From contig NC_043003.1 in NCBI RefSeq assembly GCF_006345805.1, positions 10,044,001 through 10,108,000 on the forward strand: DNA of 64,000 bases. Reading direction: 5' to 3'. Shown piece after piece: positions 1 to 12,890 of this stretch (its first letter is position 1; every line of letters begins with the position of its first letter). The position numbers and the translations under genes were made by a program. The notes below the pieces were generated by a model that was not told where the DNA came from, did not search any database, and was given only the letters and a program-made list of their open reading frames with translations. The stretch is from Octopus sinensis (lineage: Eukaryota).

Positions 1-28
1 AGTAGAAAAGAATATTTATTATGCAAAT

Positions 29-262
29 AAGGCGGTGAGCTGGCAGAAACGTTAGCACGCCGGGCGAAATGCGTAGCCGTATTTCGTCTACCGCTACGTT
101 CTGAGTTCAAATTCTGCCGAGGTCGACTTTGCCTTTCATCATTTCGGGGTCGATTAAATAAGTACCAGTTACGCACTGGGCTCGGTATAATTGACTTAAT
201 CCGTTTGTCTGTCCTTGTTTGTTCTCTCTGTGTTTAGCCCCTTGTGGGTAGTAAAGAAATAG
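29..262 (+). mobile_element. tRNA-derived SINE (family A); a second partial copy follows at ~275-410
   Basis: Head GGCGGTGAGCTGGCAGAA (A-box-like) and GAGTTCAAATTC (B-box), with body GACTTTGCCTTTCATC..GGGGTCGAT..AGTACCAG. The same sequence recurs at 2806, 6574, 7924, 19405 and 43149. Confidence 0.85.
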
Positions 263-669
263 ATATTTCATATGTCTTTACGGTCTGAGTTCAAACTCCG
301 CCATGGTTGGCTTTGCCTTTCGTCCTTTCGGGGTCGATAAATTAAGCCCCAGTTGCGTAGTGGGGTCGATTTAATCGATTAGTCCCCTCCCTTGTACCTA
401 GATTACTAAAGGATATTTATTATAAGTATGGCACAACATTTCTTTTCACCATAGTTTGAAAAAACCGTTTTTAACGAAATTCAAAGGTAAGAGGGACCGA
501 GTAAAAAATATATATTTAACACGAAATTACATTTGAGTTCTTTGTTTATGTAACAGATGCTTCGTTTATATATAAATTAAAGCTATGCCTTAGAATCTAT
601 CAGTCTTTCGTTTTCACCCTTTCTCTTTCTGTATAAATACATATATGCATATACACTCATACATACATT

Positions 670-722
670 ATCTATCTATATATGTGTGTATATATATATA
701 TATGTATATATATATACATATA

Positions 723-779
<57 letters not shown>

Positions 780-957
780 TATATATATACATATATATAT
801 GTATGTATATATATGTTCCACGTCCTCGCGTTGTTGTGTTTTTTTGTGCTTTCTTGTTTGGATTAACTTTATATATATATATATATGTGTGTGTGTATAC
901 ATATATATTTATATATATATATTATATATATATATATATACATATATACATATATAC

Positions 958-1033
<76 letters not shown>

Positions 1034-1110
1034 ATATATATATATATATATACACATACACACGCACATAAACATGCATGTGTATAAATATATGTGTGTG
1101 TGTGTATGTA
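670..1110. repeat. (TA)n/(TG)n microsatellite; one of dozens in the window
   Basis: Direct reading. It generates the spurious YI/CV ORFs. Confidence 0.95.
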
Positions 1111-2058
1111 TGTACGAGTATACATACACATATATAACCATACACACATAAACCATTGATAAAGTACATTTACTTGCCTTAATAGCTTCATAACCCCAGG
1201 CAATTCCCATTAAACCTTATCAGATTAATTTAACTAAAATCTTCTGATTTTTTTTTCTTTTTATTTACTCTTTAGATTGATTTCAATTTTTTTCTTTGCT
1301 CTTGAAGTCAGGTACACTGTAGTTATTAGAGAAACAAATAAATAATGTGTATGACTAATACAAAAATTGCAATCCAATTAAGCAAGGTGCTCCAAGCAAG
1401 TGTAATTATATAATTTACTCAGGGGGGGAATAAAGAAAGAAAACCGATACGAACTTATATGAACCTATACACCAGGTATTTGGTACCTCATTCATTAAGT
1501 TCAATCGTCTTCGAAATAGCGACAAAGATAAACCAGATGTTTTGAACTGGATGGTTAAAAGACAAAGTCAACGCTGGAAGAGTTTGAACTATTTTGAGTG
1601 TCACGATGCACTTTATTAACCACCTGAGCTATCACCTGCACGCAGGCTACTATTATCATAATTATAATTAAGGTGGCAGGCCGCATAAGAAATGCTAAGT
1701 AGTATTTCGCTCCTGTTTACGTTCAGAGTTCAAATTCCGTCGAGGTCGACTTTCCCGGTTTATCTTATTTTAATAAGTATCAATTGAATACTTAAGTCAA
1801 TGTAATTGATTGTCCCCTCCCCTATTTTGCTGGCCTTGTGTCAACATTCGAAATCATCATTTTCATTATTATTGTTTTACTTCTCAGAACGCCCGGTCTT
1901 GTTTGTTCTGGTAGATTCTGTCAGAGCGAACAACAGCCTGGTGTCAGAGGTTTCACAAGTTCTCTTTCTGTTCATTATAAGCTTCGACACTCGGTTGTTA
2001 ATTATCGTGGGAGACATGCAACATCCAAGTACCATTATTATTATTATTATTATTATTA

Positions 2059-2107
<49 letters not shown>

Positions 2108-2805
2108 GTTCTTTCACTGCATCATCAACGGCTGCTGTATGCTCCTCTATGAACTCTGTTTCATTCGGATTTGTAGTTTCTGCTGTGTTCAAAACACTAC
2201 GCAATATGCCTGTGCAGCAACCAAAGATGTTAAATCCTGTGTTTTGTACATATACGTTATTGTGTGTGCATGGAAGTCCCATATTCTAATTTTCAGCTAA
2301 TTATTATTTGAGAAAGCCATTCTATAGAAAACTTGACATATGTTGAGACTTATATTTTGATTCGAATACATTTTTATTCCTTCTTTTCCTGGCGTTTACC
2401 GACAACCATACCTGGTCACTCATCATTGATCTCCTTTTCTGTGTTTTTTTAAACATCCAGATTAGGGTGACTCTGGTATGTCTGAAACCTTTTCCAGGAC
2501 ATTTTTATATCGCCATTTTCATAATGCTGATATATATTCCCGGACATGAAACACCCAACTCTCTCATTACAGTAGATGTATTTTCCTTTCGCTAAGACTC
2601 GGCAGCCAATAGTAATACTGCTAGTTGTTTCTTTCCAACCCAGATCCAGGCATGAATGTGGTAAGTTCAATTTGAAAAGAGTTAAGCTCTATGATATGAT
2701 TTTATTGTGTTTTGTCAGAAAAGCTTTAATCCTGCACCGCAACCAAGAATCTTTCAACTTGAATTTTTCTTTGTCTACTTCCACTTTCATAGTATTTTTC
2801 AAATA

Positions 2806-3178
2806 AAAGGCAGCAAGCTGGCAGAATCGTTAGCATGCCGAGAAACCGCTGAAGAGCATATCGTAAGTATTTAAGTTCTGAGTTCTGAGGTCAAATTCCG
2901 CCGATGCCGACTTTGCATTTCATCTTTTCAGGGTCGATAAACTACGTACTAAATCGTTCTACTGGGGTCGATTTAATCAACTATCCCCCTCCTGCAAACT
3001 TGCTAGATCACGTCTATTAGATCGTTTACCGTTGATTGGTACTTTATTTTATCTAGCGTGTAAGGATGAAAGGCAACCTTGACTTCGGTGGTTTTTGAAC
3101 TCAGAACGTAGAGATTCAAAAGAAATGCCGTTAAGCATTTCGTCCAGCGCGCTAACGATTATTCCAGCTCACCGTCTT
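2806..3178. mobile_element. Two diverged family-A SINEs in inverted, tail-to-tail orientation (~2806-3000 +, ~3030-3178 -)
   Basis: GGCAGCAAGCTGGCAGAATCG head on +, and the reverse-complement head (..GAACTCAGAACG..CCAGCTCACCGTCTT) ending near 3178. Confidence 0.7.
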
Positions 3179-4179
3179 AATAATCAAAACACACAGTGCT
3201 AAGGCATAACTAATAATGGACAAGGAAAAAGATGGGAACATTTATCAAGAGCAACGGCTGTAATTTTTAGAATTTTTCAATATATTGTAGGAAGAAGATG
3301 AATAGATGAAGTATTATGAAAGAACAAAGAATAATTAGCAAGCAAAAATCTCCATCTTTAAGGGCAAAAGAACATAGATATTTCTTGGCATTAATGGCAC
3401 TTGCTGGCAGTAATGTTTTTGTCTTTTTATTGTGAGTAATGATATCCTGAAAAAGATACGAGTAAATAATAACGTTTATACATGTTATGTTGAGATGTTA
3501 CATTGTGCAGCTGCGCGGCAGCTGTTATATTGCGAATCCACTTGTGTTTTAGCAATATTACGTATTGGTTTTATAACAAAAATATCATTTCATGGTGGAA
3601 ATGGAGACTGTAGAGACAAGAATAATACCATAAACAATATGTTTCCTCTGTTTCGGAAAACAATACCAAAAAACGGATTAAACAAATACAAATTAAGATA
3701 AAAAGCCTCACAGACTTCAGTAGAAGAAATAAAATAATGAATCAAGGCAAAGATAGAGAATATAAATGAAATCTCTGACAGATAAAATATCATAAACAAA
3801 GCAAAATGTTTATTTATGACTGATGAAAGAGAATTCCAGTAATAATCGAACATTGTTGGAAAATAACCAAAACAGAAATCAATAAATACAGGTAAATCAA
3901 AACAATACTTCTCGTGGGTTTGGCACAGGACAAACACTGGACAACAGTACATAGGATTTTAAAATGCATGAAAGTAAATCTCTAGGCGCAGGCGTGGCTG
4001 TATGGTTAAGGAGCTTGCTTCTGAATCTTGTGGTAATGAGTTCGGTCCGACTGCTTAGCAGCTTGGGCAATAAGCTTTCATTATAGATGCAGGCTGACCA
4101 ATGCCTTGTGAGCAAATTTAGTGGTCGGAAACTCTGTGGAAGAATGTCACAGACATACACAAACACATGCACACATCGT

Positions 4180-4361
4180 TAGCCACTATACACATTTTTT
4201 TTCTCCTTGTTTCTCTCCTGGTTTTTTCTGTGTCCCTTTCTGTAGAAGAGCGTAGACTCGAAACGTAAAAGATTTTTTCTATTCCTGAGCGTTATACTAA
4301 TACATCTGTTTGTTTTGTACACCACCTGTCTTCGTCTTTTGTTTTTTTTCGTAAACTCTCC
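4180..4361 (+). mobile_element. Short repeat carrying a degenerate minimal hammerhead motif (4236-4271)
   Basis: CTTT-CTGTAGA-A-GAGC-GTAG-ACTC-GAAA-CG-TA-AAAG. The core deviates from CUGANGA. A related motif lies at 51578-51613. Confidence 0.5.
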
Positions 4362-4767
4362 CTCCCTTTTTAGTAGAGGAAATAGCTATAACTCTTTGAC
4401 TGCTATTTCTAAATTCGGTATGTGGTAAGGCAATTCGTTGCTAAACCCTTTATTGCTTAGTATTACTTAAATTTTCCTCGAATGAGGCTTTTACATGCCG
4501 AAGACTACTTGGTGTAATTGATAATTATTCCAAATTAATTAATTTCACCCTTCATTATTACGGATAACCATATTTTATCTCAGTAGATGACCACAGCATC
4601 TTGTTTTGGCTACACGCGGGTGGGAAGGGGCTGGTGACACAATCTTTCCATTCACACATTGAATTTGGTGATACTAGTTGCGGATTCTAGCTCGCTCTGA
4701 TACTGAGTTGAGTTGGGGCCTTCTAGTATCTCAAAATTCAATATATAATCATTTATGATTATAGTAT

Positions 4768-4868
4768 TCTACGCTGAAGAGAAAAGAAGTTTTTGGTAAG
4801 ATAGAATTATTTAATATTTAATTCTTATGCTTTCCTAAAAACTTGATTTCGAAACGTACGTCCGTAGA
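4768..4868 (+). ncRNA. Type I hammerhead ribozyme, copy 1
   Basis: Stem I TCTACG/CGTAGA; core CTGAAGA (4774-4780); long stem II GAAA..AAGTTTTT../..AAAAACTT..TTTC; GAAA (4851-4854); palindromic stem III CGTACG; GUC triplet, cleavage predicted after 4862. Confidence 0.88.
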
Positions 4869-5361
4869 TAACTTAAAATTGTATGATAGATTGCCGTCAA
4901 TTCATTCTCTCTTACCTGTTTGTGTCTGCCTTCCAATTGCTGTTTTTACTGAGATCTCCCTTTTTAGTAGAGGAAATAGCTATAACTCTTTGACTGCTAT
5001 TTCTAAATTCGGTATGTGGTAAGGCAATTCGTTGCTAAACCCTTTATTGCTTAGTATTACTTAAATTTTCCTCGAATGAGGCTTTTACATGCCGAAGACT
5101 ACTTGGTGTAATTGATAATTATTCCAAATTAATTAATTTCACCCTTCATTATTACGGATAACCATATTTTATCTCAGTAGATGACCACAGCATCTTGTTT
5201 TGGCTACACGCGGGTGGGAAGGGGCTGGTGACACAATCTTTCCATTCACACATTGAATTTGGTGATACTAGTTGCGGATTCTAGCTCGCTCTGATACTGA
5301 GTTGAGTTGGGGCCTTCTAGTATCTCAAAATTCAATATATAATCATTTATGATTATAGTAT

Positions 5362-5462
5362 TCTACGCTGAAGAGAAAAGAAGTTTTTGGTAAGATAGAA
5401 TTATTTAATATTTAATTCTTATGCTTTCCTAAAAACTTGATTTCGAAACGTACGTCCGTAGA
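5362..5462 (+). ncRNA. Type I hammerhead ribozyme, copy 2
   Basis: Identical to copy 1 and 594 nt downstream; cleavage predicted after 5456. Confidence 0.88.
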
Positions 5463-5657
5463 TAACTTAAAATGTATGATAGATTGCCGTCAATTCATTC
5501 TCTCTTACCTGTTTGTGTCTGCCTTCCAATTGCTGTTTTTACTGAGATCTCCCTTTTTAGTAGAGGAAATAGCTATAACTCTTTGACTGCTATTTCTAAA
5601 TTCGGTATGTGGTAAGGCAATTCGTTGCTAAACCCTTTATTGCTTAGTATATAAATA

Positions 5658-5710
<53 letters not shown>

Positions 5711-5958
5711 GAGGTGTGTTCTGTTGAAAACGTATAAGAGTACAAACAGACCTCGTTGACCCTTAAAATTCCCAAAAAGCCGGTAGTATTCTTATGGTAT
5801 GCTATCAATTCTAGTCTTAGGTATTCCTCGTGTGTGAAAATAAAAAATAAAAAGTAGAAGAGTCTTCCTTTTGACTCTTTTTTACTTTATATATAAATAT
5901 TTCTTTAATTTGTAATAATAATGTATATGTATATACATACACACACACACACACACAC

Positions 5959-6037
<79 letters not shown>

Positions 6038-6084
6038 TAACAGAATGAGATAAGAAAACACGAGGCTGTGAAAATTTGTCAGAA

Positions 6085-6131
6085 TATTTACAGCTGTTCC
6101 CGGGATATTTTATATATCTTTTCATCAGAGA
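6085..6131 (-). ncRNA. Degenerate hammerhead motif in a (TA)n-adjacent repeat
   Basis: Minus strand reads CTGATGA-A-AAGATAT-ATAAA-ATATCCC-G-GGAA-CAGCTG-TA. GAAA is mutated and stem I is weak. Confidence 0.45.
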
Positions 6132-6573
6132 AGGTGCGAGAAAATGGCTAAGCAAGTTATTATAGATAAGATATGAAATACAGTGTGAAGTGGAGGAATG
6201 AAAACAGACGTGAGATACGTAAGGATATTGTATTTGTAGTCCCATTATTTGCGCAGAATGGTGTATATATGTTCCTATGTATGTATATATAAGGTTTGTT
6301 TATGGGAAACGTTTTGAATATGCAAATAAAGCTCTTATTTCATAATGCCGGCCACAGTCTAATGATGATGACTGGTGGACCAGTTATTTAAGGTTGCATC
6401 GAGTTGCACCGATATAATGTATGGTAAATATAATATTAATAACCATACTCCTTGGTTGGAATGTGATTTGTAGAAACGCGCATAGCGATGCATTAAATGT
6501 TTACAAATACCATCCTAGGATTATTGTTGTTGTTATTATTATAGGAGACCACTATAAAAAGTAGTGTTACTAG

Positions 6574-6800
6574 CAAGGCGGCGAGCTGGCAGAATAGTTA
6601 GCACTCCGGGCGAGATGCTTAGCAGTATTTCGTCTGCCGTTACGTTCTGAGTTCAAATTCCGCCGAGGTCGACTTTGCCTTTCATCCTTTCGGGGTCGAT
6701 AAAATTAAGTACCAGTTACGCACTGGGGCCGATGTAATCGGCTTAATACCGTTGTCTGTCCTTGTTTGTCCCCTCTATGTTTAGCCCATTTTGGGTTGTA
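6574..6800 (+). mobile_element. tRNA-derived SINE (family A)
   Basis: Same head, B-box and body as 29-262. Confidence 0.85.
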
Positions 6801-6834
6801 AAAAAATATATATTTAGCAGTGTTACTTCTCCGG

Positions 6835-7190
6835 GTAAAGTGTAAAGGGTAAAGTGCCCTTTCGATCATGAATGACCATGAGATTGCACCTAGAACGTTA
6901 CCCATTGAGGCCCAAGTCCGGGCAAGGTTGTTTTATAGAAGACCAACAGTCTCCCATCCATATCAGCCTCCCCTCTCCACGCCACTGTTGTTATCCAACA
7001 GAAAGGCAAAGATCGATACAGCTTGGCACCAGTGACTTCGCAGCTCATTTCTGCAGCCGAGTAGACTGAAGCAACGCGAAATAAAGTGTCTTGCTCAAGA
7101 ACACAATGCACAAACCTGTCCCGGAATCGAACTCACTACCTCGTGATTATGAGCCCGACTCTATAACCAGTGAGTCATGCGCCTTCACCT
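6835..7190 (-). mobile_element. tRNA-derived SINE (family C)
   Basis: Minus-strand head with B-box GAGTTCGATTCC. The body ..GTGTTCTTGAGCAAGACAC..TTTCGCGTTGCTTCAGT.. is shared with 11520-11766. Confidence 0.7.
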
Positions 7191-7923
7191 GTTACTTTTA
7201 CTAGTTACGATATACAGAGGATGCGTATTGGAAATTAAGATAACATCAGGAAAGTCCAACATAAGTATTTAATTCCTATGTAGTTATCACCATTGAAGTT
7301 ATTTGGAACTCCATATCGGATGCATTTGGATGCGTAAGTTCAATGGATCATCTGGGGAACAATCTATTGCATAGAGTTACAGAGAATAAGTCATACTGTT
7401 GCAAAATATTTTATCTTTGTAACACAGTATATGTGTGCCGTGTGTGTCTTTGTGACCATGCGTCTTTCTTTTTATGTTTGAAGCACCTCCCCCCATAACT
7501 TGACAGCTACTGTTGCTTTGTTTGCATCCTCGCAACTTAGCGGTTTGGTAAAATAAACTGATAAAACAAGTGCAGGGCATAAAATTACTTACTGAGGCCG
7601 ATTTGTTTGATTAAACACTTCAGAGCGGTGGGGGTGGAGGTGACAAGCACAGGTACAAAATCACACACACACACACACACATCTATATACGACGTGGTCT
7701 CACGGTATTCGTCGACTAAACCCAATCACAAAGCATTGGTTGACCCGGGGCAATGGTAGGAGACACTTTGCCCCGTCTCTCAAGTTGTGACGAAGTGGCA
7801 CTGAACCCGAAGCCTCTTCATTGCAAAGCACACTACTTAACCACACAACCATACCACACAACCATACCAACATGGCCGCAGTTCAACTGGCTGAAATAAG
7901 CAAAAGACAGCTAAAACGTATAT

Positions 7924-8155
7924 ATTTCTTTACTACCCACAAGGGGCTAAACACAGATGGGACAAACAAGGACAGACAAACGGCTTAAGTCGATTACATC
8001 GATCCCAGTGCGTAACTGGTACTTAATTTATCGACCCTGAAAGGATGAAAGGCAAAGTCGACCTCGGCGGAATTTGAACTCGGAACGTAACGATAGACGA
8101 AATACGGCTACGCATTTCGCCCGGCGTGCTAACGTCTCTGTCAGCTCACTGCCTT
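7924..8155 (-). mobile_element. Family-A SINE with 19-bp target-site duplication
   Basis: Flanked by AGACAGCTAAAACGTATAT at 7905-7923 and 8156-8174. Confidence 0.9.
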
Positions 8156-8616
8156 AGACAGCTAAAACGTATATTTAATCCATGGAAGAAATACCGAGGA
8201 GTTTGAGGATGTATTAGGTTGGTAATATTTTAGCTCTGATAGCGTTCAAAGTTTCTTGTTTGAGATAATTTCCAAGGATGTGCGCTCAGTTTGACAATAT
8301 TACTTACGAAAGAGAACACAGAAGACAAACAGTACAGAAGTGATCAACAACAGCCACATCACAAGATTTCTTCAAGTGTTGGAATGAATGACATTGTTGA
8401 AAGCTAGTGTCATATACATTTACTCCATGAGGAATCCAACATCAGCTGATAGATGACATAGGCAACATGAGGTCAGCTTTAGAAGTTGAAAAGGAAAGAG
8501 AAAAATAGCGATGAGATGGATTGTATTCGAAAAAGATGCAATTCTTTATGCCTGAATAATAATGTACTTGTAAAAATATCTGATATCTGTGAAATAATAT
8601 ATTATTTTAATTTCAG

Positions 8617-9075
8617 GTATAGTTGTGTGGTTAAGTAGTGTGCTTTGCAATGAAGAGGCTTCGGGTTCAGTGCCACTTCGTCACAACTTGAGAGACGGGG
8701 CAAAGTGTCTCCTACCATTGCCCCGGGTCAACCAATGCTTTGTGATTGGGTTTAGTCGACGAATACCGCGAGACCACGTCGTATATAGATGTGTGTGTGT
8801 GTGTGATTTTGTACCTGTGCTTGTCACCTCCACCCCCACCACCATCGCTTGTTGGAAAATAACCAAAACAGAAATCAATAAATACAGGTAAATCAAAACA
8901 ATACTTCTCGTGTGTTTGGCACAGGACAAACACTGGACAACTTAGCAGTTAGGCAAACGAGTTCGACAGAATAAGCACCACATATAAAAAAAGCATAGGC
9001 TCTGTGATCGATTTCTTCGATTAAAACCCTTCAAGATGTTGCTCCAGCATGTCCGTAGTCAAATAATTGGAAGAA
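8617..9075 (+). mobile_element. Diverged family-B SINE interrupted by a 90-bp insert copied from 3854-3945
   Basis: Head GTGTGGTTAAGTAG..GGGTTCAGTGCCAC, internal (TG)n and tail ..GCTCCAGCATGTCCGTAGTC. Confidence 0.7.
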
Positions 9076-10678
9076 AAAGGTATTATACCAGCAGAAAACT
9101 TTAGTGGATCAAGTTGATAGCTGCTCAAAGAGTAAAAATCGTGAATTTGTCATCTTCTGTTTCTCCGCCTGACTTATGTATTCATGGGTAATAAAGACGC
9201 GGAGGCACAAACTGGAGACAGGGGTTATCGGTTTAACTGGCTCTCCTAACGGGTTAGTGATTATTTTATTAACTGCAGAAAGATGAAAAGTAATATCAAC
9301 ACTGATTAGACTTGAACTCAGAATATAATGGGCGTAGAATAGTCTCCTTTCGCGGATCTAATTCTGCTCTTCGTATTTCTGTTGTTTATGTTACGTTTCG
9401 TATAATGAAAATTGTTCGAAACAATTATTCGAAAAAATTATTCGAAAAACAGATATTCGAAATAAATACCATTTGTGTACTTGATTTTTAATTTTATCAT
9501 TTTTCTTGAAATAAAATGAAAAATTTAGAATAATTAACATTTCGTATAATTGTCCGTTTGAATAATTTTCATTCATGCAATTTTCCATTCGAATAAATGT
9601 TTTTCGAATAATTTTTTTTTCGAACAATGTTCTCATACTCGTTATGTTTATTTATGTAGTTAGTGTAGGTATGAAAATGAAACGAACGATAACAACTGTG
9701 CAAACTTACTAAAAAACATTAACGGTTTAATACCGATGGGTGACCTCAAACTTTATTCAAATCGTAACTCGGAGATTGATACTTGAACATTTTGTGAGAA
9801 TGTTCAGCTGAGACAATACGATACAAAAGGATATCAACGATTATACAATGCTTATAGAAAAGAAGGAAATCGGGTTATGAATCAAGTGAATTACTTCTTT
9901 AGACAACAAAAAACTAAAATCCCTGAAGACAGACGAGATACATGAATACAAATCTATGGTATAGTGACTAGGTTAGACACATGAAAAAGAAGAAAGAATT
10001 CAATGAGGGAAAATAATTCTTGGATAAAGAATATACGGTAAACAAACTAAATAGTAATATTATCAGCCAAGGCACCAGAACTTGAGCAATGCCAATATTG
10101 AGATAGTCTGCTGTATCTTCTTTTATGCATGTAAATCTACTAAAAGCAGAATAATAGATGCTACAAAAAAGTTGTAAAGACTATTCAGTGGGTTGTGTAC
10201 GCAACGTAGTTTTGGTAAATTGTTTATACTGTGAGAAGAAAATAGAAGAGAAATAAGATTAGCAGACACAAAACTGTGGGCAAATATAGAACTGGAAGAA
10301 AATATGCTATGAAACGCAAGGAACCTTATTTAGGAAATAAGGATAATAAATCAAATGTCCATAAAGGCCAAAAAAAAAAAACAAATAAAAGGTAAAGATC
10401 AAATAAAAAGACGAAAAAGTGCTAGAATCACAGTTTCACAAAAAGCAAGAAGTATGTCTGAGAGAAAGATTTTTGAGTAAGAAAGAGAGTGATGGAGCTA
10501 GGGAGAGAGCTGGGGAGAGAAAGAGGGAGAGAGAGGGAGAGAGCTAGATCATGGCCACACAAGAACATCAATTAGAAAAATCTTTGTTAAAGCTAAGATA
10601 GAAGCCAGCAAAATATTAAATACCGAATGTGTAGAAGGTGGGGCATGTCTGTTTATCACACACACACACACTGGTATT

Positions 10679-10736
<58 letters not shown>

Positions 10737-10913
10737 TATGTATATATGTATGTATGTATGTATGTGTGTGTGTGTATATATATATTAATTATATTTTTTT
10801 AATAATTGTTACATATTTAAATAATATAAATTAATTTATGTATTGGCTTAAGTCTTTCATTGTTTGATTTGCCTAATAGTGGTTTTGTCTCTAATTTAAT
10901 ATAATATATATAT

Positions 10914-10956
<43 letters not shown>

Positions 10957-11519
10957 GTGTGTCTGTGTATTTTTAGCCACACAGTGGTTAGTATGCAATC
11001 TAGATTCAAATTAAAATGAAAAATTCTTCAAAAAATAACGAAGCTGTTTTAGAAACTGAGTTTCGTCATGTCACATGGGATCTTTCCTTTTGCAAACTGT
11101 GCGGAATTTTGATCTGATAACAAGAAAAAAGTTAAGTCCAGATATTTTGTTATGTAGCTTGCATTGCGGAGACGCTGGCAGAATCGTTTGAATATCAGAT
11201 AAAAATACTTTGTTTTATTTGCTCCGCTCTTTACATTCTTAGTTCTATTCCCACTGATGTCTACTTTACCAACGGTTTTGAAGGAATGTGTAAGTCGATG
11301 GCTGGGGCGACGAAATAAGTGGTTGGAGTGAAAGCATCGGAGCATGAAAATACGTTTCTAGTTTTATTGGTTTATTATTATTATTATAACAGTATTTGAA
11401 ATAAATGATTGTAATTCGATTTGCAACTTATATAGCGGAGTTGTAAAAACAGCTAAGGTGTTTTCTGTAATTATTGTAGGTAAAATTCGTATTGGCACTA
11501 AATAATAACAAAATAAATG

Positions 11520-11766
11520 TTCCTTCTCAAGCCATGCAAGGCTCATAAGGGCCGGTTTCCCGGTTTCAGTATCGTAGAAATTTACCCACCTGGATGGAAC
11601 GCCGGACCGTCGCAGGGTTACTCATTTTTGCCAGCTGAGTGGACTGGAGCAACGTGAAATGAAACGTTTTGCTCAAGAACACAACGTAACGCCCGGTCCA
11701 GGAATCGAAACCACAATCTTACGATCATGAGTTCAATACCCTAACCACTAAGCCACGCGTTTCCAC
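11520..11766 (-). mobile_element. tRNA-derived SINE (family C related)
   Basis: Minus-strand head GTGGCTTAGTGGTTAGGG..GGTTTCGATTCC; body shared with 6835-7190. Confidence 0.7.
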
Positions 11767-12386
11767 GTACTGGTACTATATCATAACATATCTTAATATG
11801 ATTAGCCGATCGTTTTGTTATACTATGAAAATGTATACCATAAAAATTTAATTCCTTACGCTGGTACATGCTCACACTTTGTAGCTGTTTAATCCTAATT
11901 CGTCCTTGATCAAACCGACTACCATCAGACTGTGCAGCTTTTTTGTTCATTAAGATCACATTAGCCTATGAATCTTTCGCTATCGACAGCAAAGCGTTAG
12001 TAAAGTTTGACTAACAGAGACGAGTCTCTTCGATTACCTTATCGTACAGTGTGGTAGATAAATATTATCAAATATCATTAGTAGTTATCTAATCAGTAGT
12101 TATTTAATCAATATTGTAAAGTCAGCCATACTGAATATCAACTCTGAGGAAAACGAGACACCACTCATTATCAAAAGTCCTGCTCATTAAAATATCTGAC
12201 ATCGACGCCGTTAATGAGAATAATTATTATCAAATATTATTTCATTGGCAAAATACGAAGAAAGTTCTTTTTGGTATCGCCTTTTACATTGCAGACATAC
12301 TACTGGTAATTATTCTATCCATTACATCTGGTTGAAATGTAATTAAATACCGAAATGAATTTTGTTCGTCGCTCCTTAGTATACTG

Positions 12387-12457
<71 letters not shown>

Positions 12458-12459
12458 CA

Positions 12460-12890
12460 CAGGGTGTTATGATCATAATATCTCAGCGAAAGAGTTTGAC
12501 AAGCTCAGAAAATATAAAGACCTACTCATTGAAATTGAGAAAATGAGGCATCTCAAGGCGGTTACAATACCAGTGATCGTAGGAGCACTAGGAATGATCA
12601 AGAAGGGAACCGAAAATTATATGAGAATGATCCCTGGCTTACCATCCCTGCAAGAAGTGCAAAAGATTGTCTTAACTGGTACATCACACGCATTGAGAAG
12701 AGCATTGTCGATGTGAGAACTGTTGCTGCTCATGTATTTTAATTTAACTTAAAAAAAAAAAATTTTAAATGAACGAACTACTGAGTTTGGTTTAATGGCC
12801 TTCCAATGTATGCTATGAGTTTCTTTGCCCTAGGAGTCGGGAAGACACTCGGCAAGAAATGGAAGCAAATGTGAAAGAAGAAAAAAAAAA
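12460..12890 (+). mobile_element. 5'-truncated R4/Dong-like non-LTR retrotransposon (REL endonuclease C-terminus plus 3' UTR) in (TAA)n
   Basis: Translates as DHNISAKEFDKLRKYKDLLIEIEKM..IPVIVGALGMI..EVQKIVLTGTSHALRRALSM*, homologous to ORF 39413-39655. (TAA)n lies on both sides. Confidence 0.85.

Larger units (their letters stand above)
4362..5650 (+). repeat. Tandem repeat of ~594-bp units (2.17 copies), each full unit with a hammerhead ribozyme; retrozyme / Penelope pLTR-like
   Basis: Unit starts (CTCCCTTTTTAGTAGAGG) at 4362, 4956 and 5549. Units are near-identical and the array ends directly in (TA)n. Confidence 0.92.

Noticed and set aside
682-1210. Many long ORFs rich in YI/CV/TH (also near 15500, 48300, 57450 and elsewhere)
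   Set aside because: They are translations of (TA)n/(CA)n microsatellites, which lack stop codons. Not genes.
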